Assembly (NCBI GenBank): GCA_012295275.1 | Contig: CM022672.1 | Location: 19,654,001 to 19,718,000 of the forward strand | DNA length: 64,000 nt | Reading direction: 5' to 3' | Source: Chrysomallon squamiferum | Lineage: Eukaryota; Animalia; Mollusca | In this document: piece after piece, positions 57,207-64,000 of the stretch | Numbering within the stretch: the stretch's first letter is position 1 | How the letters are laid out: the number at the start of each line of letters is the position of its first letter | Made by a program: the position numbers and the translations under genes | Notes under the pieces: generated by a model | What the model was told of the DNA's origin: nothing | The model's database searches: none | What the model saw: the letters and a program-made list of their open reading frames with translations, nothing else

Positions 57207-59133
57207 TTTCATGTGAGCAGACAGTGGTAAGGAATAATTTTGTTTTAGTGTTCATTTATGATTTTAAATTTGATTCGATTTTATTCTGTTTTTTTATTTG
57301 TATTCTATTTTAAATTTTTTTAAATTAATATTTAAATTTAAATTTAAATTTTGTTTCGTTTAATTTCGTTTCTTTATTTAAATTTAAATTTCAAATCAAA
57401 TATTTTAGAGTTTATTTTAGTAATGCACATGTATTCTACCTTTGTTTAAATCACATTATATTATTTTAGTCATTCATTCATTCATTCATTCATTCGTTTA
57501 TTTTTATTTCATTTCATTCTACTATGAAAAATAATTTTTATAACTCGTTTCGAAATACCTATCGGTTAGTCACCTGTTTCTGACTAGACAGTAAATACAG
57601 GTAGCCTCAGGTAAAATGTTCCTCGAGACAGGTAATCAGTATGTGTCAGGTGAGTGTAGGTGTTCCGTCCATCTGTACAGGTCGCCTGGTATGCGGCATG
57701 TACTCGATTAGAAATGTACATGTACATTATTTATATTAATCATTTACCTACCTTCATAACAGCACCAGTTGCTTACCACGTGTATGGTAGGATCTTCATT
57801 TTACATTTAGTTTGTTTAGTTTTGTTTTGTTTTATTTTATTTAACTAATTAATTTATTTATTTATTTTATTGATATATGCACATTTACTTATACATTTTA
57901 CACCTTTCATTTTCTTTCTTTCTTTGTTTAATTATTTATTTATTTATTTGATAGATGCACATTTTTTTTTTATATATTTCTTTCTTTCATTTTACTTATA
58001 AGTTTATTTATTTATATGGTTTTAAAATTTTAATTTATTTTATTCTTTAATTAAATATCATTCATTCGTTTTAATTCATTTTATTTTATTCAGCTTCACT
58101 AGTATATTCATTATAATTTATTTTAATTTATATTATACCTAGTTCATTTATTTATTAAATATTATTATTATTATTATTATTATTTTGTTTTATAAAAATT
58201 TATTAGTTATTATTTCTTTTTCATGGCCAGCCCGATTAAATTAATTTTTACTACATTTACAAAGTTTTATTTGTATTGCGGTAAAACAGTACGGGTCCAG
58301 ATCAGTTTTGTGATTAGAGAGTATTAGTATACAGACAGGTCTACGTTATTAATATTCCCATGCAACAGGACAGCCACAAAGCTGAATAGTCCCTGATAAA
58401 TAAAACTTCATTCTCTTTGCATCCACCTTAATTTATATGAAGCACAACCCATTTTATGACGATAAAATATTATTTATAATGTGTAGATGTCAAGGGGTTA
58501 GTCTAAAAGAACCCAGTAGCAAACTGAACATCGTTTGTCCGTATTGTCACATTTGTTCTGATGACCCTGTTGTTTCTTTCTTTTCGTTTTAAGTTTCTTA
58601 ATTTTGTTTTCTGCATTCAGTGTTTTTTTCCTTGTTTAATTTCATATTTATTTAAAATATAACTAATTTCATAAAATTTAGTCTCTCCAGTTCATTCATT
58701 GTCTTTCATTCTTTATGTTAAATTTATTTATTACCTTTATTAATTATTAGTTTCTGAATACAAAACTGTTTCTTTTATCATTTCTTTTTTCACTACATTA
58801 TATCAGCTATTCTTTGAATAAATGTGTATATTATTTTCCGGCTATTTAAACATTGTTAAAATACTAAAATAATATAATTTGATTTAGTTCTGAATGTATA
58901 TAATATATTTTTGAATCAGAAATTACATAATTTAGTTATAAATCGTAAGTTTACATTGCAAACCAAAAACTGTATTTTTGAGTGTGCAAACAATTTGTGT
59001 TATTTTTGTCATTATATTTTTTGTTGTTGTCTTTGTTTAAGAAGAAGTTATGTTAAAATGTGCTATATTTTGGTTAAATTAGATATTTTTTGTTATATTA
59101 ACAAACACTTAAGCTTTAAATATAATATCAGAG

Positions 59134-59165
<32 letters not shown>

Positions 59166-59967
59166 ATTACATAATACAACCCACTAAAATAAAATCCATT
59201 TATCATGACTTTCATCACCTACATTAAACTTATATGTGTGTATGTGTGTGTGTGTGTGGGTGTGGGTGGGTCTATCAGTGTGTTCATTGTGCGTTTGTGC
59301 GTGGGTGTGTATGCAGAACCTTTAAATATAACATAGTTGTCAAAAGCGATAATAAAAATTTAATAAAAATTTTTATGGTTGCTTATTTCTTTATACGTAT
59401 GCATACATATTCACATAAAGAAATAAGTAACCATATAAAATTTATTAAATTTTGATACATTTTTTTTGTTATTGCAATAATGAATTTAAATTTAATACAT
59501 TTTTATCATCACTTTTGACAACTATGTTATATTTAAATGTTCTGCATATAAACAGGAGCACACACCCTCAACCCACACGCACCCACCCACCCACACATAC
59601 ACAAATATTTTAAATTTATTTGTCAGTCTACGTGTATCTGTGTGTGTGTGTGTGTCTGTGTAAAGTGAAGGTAAAAGACTCGGCAGAGAATTGTACAGAT
59701 GTAAGATTAACGTTGTGTGTAACTGATTAACAACATTTACTATTTCTTTTTCTTCTTTCATTCATTAGTGCAAAACAAAAATTAATTAAAATTTGTCGAA
59801 CGAAATGTTTTACAAAATGCATGAGATAACTGTAATAGTATATGCACGTATATTATTATTATTATTATTGTTGTTGTTATTGTTGTTGTTGCTGCTGCCC
59901 TTTATGATGATGTTGATGTTGATGTGTTTGCATGCAGTTGCTGTTTGTTTCGACATAGCACCATTTT

Positions 59968-60044
<77 letters not shown>

Positions 60045-60260
60045 TATTATTATTTTTGTTGTTGTTATTATTATTATTAAATGCTTTTATTTTAAACTTA
60101 TATTTTCATACACTAAGAATTTAAAAGGGTCGTAAATTAATAAGTTGATAAATTAATTAGAAAACGTTGATATTTATTTATTATTTTCCCATTAGAATTT
60201 GGCTTGAACCCGCCATTCATGCATGGGTGTAATAATATTATAGTCATTGCACTAAAACAT

Positions 60261-60274
60261 GTTCCCATGGTAAC
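60261..60274. promoter_or_regulatory. Consensus RFX X-box
   Basis: GTTCCCATGGTAAC matches GTYNCC-AT-GGNAAC exactly, inside a non-repetitive island. Confidence 0.45.
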
Positions 60275-60436
60275 ACACAGAAAGCTGTCAGATACAGTTA
60301 ACTTTTCATATCTGTGATTTTATTAATTCTACACCGTTACCTGAAATAGGAAAGCATTTATTTTTGTACGATAATTTTATTTCATTTTATAACATTATTT
60401 AAGCAGTTGTAACATTCAGTTATAAATGTATATTAC

Positions 60437-60467
<31 letters not shown>

Positions 60468-60802
60468 AAACGAAATAATAATAATAAAAAAAATTAGAAA
60501 ATTATTAATTTATTTAAAATGATTAAAATTTGGTAGTGTAATACTTTCATTCTTGTTTTATTTAAAAAGTAAAACAAATGATGAAAAAAATGTATAAGCA
60601 GTTTAATAATAATAATAAGAAGAATAAGAATAAGAATAAGAATAAGAATCTTCATAATACTGTTGAAACTTTTATTTTAAAGTAGTTTTAGTTATTTTTA
60701 TTTATGTTTTGTTTCTTTTCCAGCCTTTCAAATATAATTGTTTTATTATAAAATATCAGTTCTGAAGTATTGGTTTAAAATTAGAAAAAAAAAAGAAGAA
60801 AA

Positions 60803-60855
<53 letters not shown>

Positions 60856-60866
60856 AAGTAGCAGCA

Positions 60867-60902
<36 letters not shown>

Positions 60903-60914
60903 TAAATTAATAAA

Positions 60915-60963
<49 letters not shown>

Positions 60964-61932
60964 TAATAGCAATAGTAATTATAAACAAAACCAACATAAA
61001 TAATTCTAAAAATTATAAAAAATAATTATAAAAAAATAAAAAAAGAAGACAAAAACGAAAAATTAAAATTTAAGATTTTATTTGCATAATATTTTCCGGT
61101 TTGCGAAAGAAACGTGAGATATGATTTAGATGCTATTTACGTGAACATCCTTTTCGCTCCAGTTTTCCGCATACCTCACACTTTTTTGACACGACGAAAG
61201 CTACCTGGACATGTAAATATACCGTGAATCATCGGCAGAATAATCAGATCTCCGCTGATAATTTAATATTAAAATATCTGACATTCGCGAAGCTCGTGAT
61301 ACGAGTAAAACGTATTACACATAAATTAGTGTTTTATCTAAATGGCTTTAAGCGTTCTCGTCGAAATTGGATTAAAAGTGAAAAAACCAGTTGAACAAGT
61401 TTTTGGATTTTTACCTCGATGTAGAAAGTGACGGTTGTGTAAATATGTTAGCTATAAAAAAAAAATATAAAAAAAAAGTTAAAAAAAATAAGAAGAAGAA
61501 AAGGAAAGGAACGTGTATCAGTTTAGGTTTATAATTCCACAATAATCTTGTTTGATAATGAGGAGGATGTGCAAGGACGGTAGGTAGCATGGTTCGATTC
61601 TCGATGAAGGCTTTGTTTTACGTTTTTCACATTATTTTCTAAATATTTCATTTATTGTCTTATTGTATTATGAGGTACTGAATATCTGTTTACTTCTTCA
61701 TTATATCTGATTGTACTATTTGCTAATTTTACGCTTTTGAAGTTAATTTTAAATATAATGTAAATGAAAATAGTAGTAGTAGAATTACTATTACTTTTTA
61801 CTACTGACTACTATTAGTACTGCTTGTTAATGTTACTACTACTACTACTACTGTTATAATAATAGTATATTTCTATAAATAAAACATATTTTCTAACATT
61901 ATAAACAAACAAAAGCTAAAGGAAATATTTAA

Positions 61933-61981
<49 letters not shown>

Positions 61982-62028
61982 TAGCCAAAAAATAAAATAA
62001 AATAAAATAAAATAAAATAAAATAAAAT

Positions 62029-62059
<31 letters not shown>

Positions 62060-62558
62060 TAAAAACAAACAAAAAGAAACAAAACAAAACAAATCAAGAA
62101 AATAAAAAATCCAAGACATATGAAAACACCAAAACGTGAGATAATTTCAAATCATTAATGAACTGTTATTTAGAAAATACACATTTTTTGAATATATATT
62201 TTTCTATATATATTTTTCAGATCAATTAGACGTCAAACTTCTCATGGAACAAGAACCTACATCATCACATCTACCTACAGTCTACTCTGCCAAACCAGCC
62301 TACACTAAGGAAACATAGAATAGAAATTACGTATGTGACATATCAATGTGTATACCACAGTTTTTTAAATCTGAGCTTGAGCTTAGCTTGTTTTTGTTTT
62401 ACTGTTAAAAATGTCTTGGTGAAAATATCAAAGTATGAGACAGAAAAAGAGAGAAAAGCAGATTTGTGAAGTAACATTATTATGATGTGCAAACGTTTGT
62501 TGGTAAAATAATTTGTGTTTGTGAAACGTTTGTTTCTGGTAAAATAATTTGAGACATT

Positions 62559-62943
62559 TCAGGAGTGAGATTCAATTTCGTGTTTGTGAAATATCGTCAT
62601 GTTTCTGAAGTAACGTCAGATGAATGATACAAAGCAAGGTGTGCTATATAAATGTCAGGAGTGAGATTCACAATGTCAGGTTTGTGAAATATCGTCATGT
62701 TTGTGAAATAACGTCAGATGAATGATACAAAGCAAGGTGTGCTATATAAATGTCAGGAGTGAGATTCAATGTCAGGTTTGTGAAATATCGTCATGTTTGT
62801 GAAGTAAAGTCAGATGAATGATACAAAGCAAGGTGTGCTATATAAATGTCAGGAGTAAGATACAACGTCACATGTATGATAAAACGTCAGGTTTTTACAT
62901 AACGTCAGGTTTTGTGAAATAACGTCAGGTTTTGTGAAATAAC
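62559..62943. repeat. 96-98-bp tandem repeat (3 full units) decaying into ~21-bp subrepeats
   Basis: caggagt[g/a]aga starts at 62560, 62656, 62754 and 62850, followed by short aacgtcaggttttgtgaaat units. Confidence 0.9.
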
Positions 62944-63077
62944 TTTTGAAATTGCGAATTAAGATCAGATTTGTTAAATAACATCATACACATACTAAAA
63001 CGGCATTATTGGCCAGTTTAATTTTTCTTATAATAAATATTAATTTCAGTAGTTTTAGGAAAAGATTGAAAAAAGAA

Positions 63078-63132
<55 letters not shown>

Positions 63133-64000
63133 TGATGATGATAATAATAATTAAGGGAAATACAGAAAATAAAAAAAAAAACAAACAAAAAAACAATTAA
63201 ATCAGTAAATATGTAGTGCTTAAAGAAAGATGAAATAAAATAAATTACTTATAAAACAACAAGCAAATAAATAAATAAATAAAATGATATCACCTTCATT
63301 GTTCACTTGCCATTAATATTTATATTATGTATACTTATGAACCAAAATGTTTTCGCATTATACAATATGACGATAATTTTATACTGGGATAGGGAAATCA
63401 AAAAAGCTTTTATATATCATACAAAAATAATTACACCGAGAAAATGAAACCGTAATAGCCTCGAGTCAAAGTCAGCCATTATTCAAGTGCATTTAATTGT
63501 GTAAAGTATCGGGTAGCAACTTAGTGATCTAGACAGGTATTTGTACAAACAGATCAAGATACATTACAAATTATAACGAAATCCAAACACAAATAAAAAT
63601 TTGGTCTTGATATTGTACAGGTAATACGAAAGGTCACGAAGGGTTTCGATATTCAAAAACGTACATCTGAAGAATTTTATTCTTGTTTTTCAGATTAAGA
63701 GTGTTAGATATTTGTGTTCAAGACTCAAACAATTGTGTTAGGTATTTTTGTTCAGAGAAATTATTGTTTTAATTTTTAATTTTAATTTTAGAATTTAAAA
63801 AAAAAATTATGGTTGTGTAGAATAAAAAAACACCATTATGGAGAAGTTATAAAATTTATAATCTGATGTTCTAGGATTAATTAATAATGAATGCCTGTGA
63901 GTGTTACGAGTGGGTTATTTAGTTAGTTATTCGTTTATGTATTACATATGTGTTTAATTTTATATAGCGAATTGATGTTAAAATGGTAGGTTTAGTTTGT

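Noticed and set aside
61565-61612. B-box-like GGTTCGATTC suggesting a tRNA
   Set aside because: No cloverleaf or acceptor stem can be built; at most a decayed SINE fragment.
32256-63200. Numerous 60-110-aa ORFs rich in I, L, Y, F, N, K, RE or HT
   Set aside because: They are translations of (AAT)n, (GA)n, (CA)n and poly-A/T tracts, not genes.
31000-64000. Conserved microRNA or other structured ncRNA genes in the non-coding region
   Set aside because: No mature sequence of a familiar conserved miRNA, tRNA, snRNA or rRNA was recognised by eye. An Rfam/Infernal and miRBase search would be needed to exclude them.

Overview
AT-rich, microsatellite-dense, intron-containing animal genomic DNA. It looks invertebrate and mollusc-like, but the species cannot be determined from sequence alone. 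Nearly all ORF-track entries are artefacts of simple repeats, so genes were rebuilt by hand from splice sites and reading-frame continuity. The first 31 kb holds five spliced genes: (1) a 5-exon, 158-aa VAP-derived MSP-domain protein with no transmembrane anchor (+, 1725-5297); (2-3) two intact 8-exon, 426-aa beta-lactamase-family serine hydrolases from a ~7-kb tandem duplication (-, 7660-12527 and 15642-19661), each with a GC-AG intron and a 68-bp repeat that multiplies a splice donor; (4) a secreted 297-aa protein with a cationic Cys-rich N-terminal module, 2 TSP1 and 2 chitin-binding (CBM14) domains (-, 21418-24549); (5) alpha-tubulin (-, 27783-30699). Two related TA-flanked MITEs lie at ~20.0 and ~22.0 kb. 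The remaining 33 kb has no recognisable coding exons. It contains islands of complex sequence, motif clusters, minisatellites and two candidate alternative first exons of an unidentified gene that probably continues past the window.
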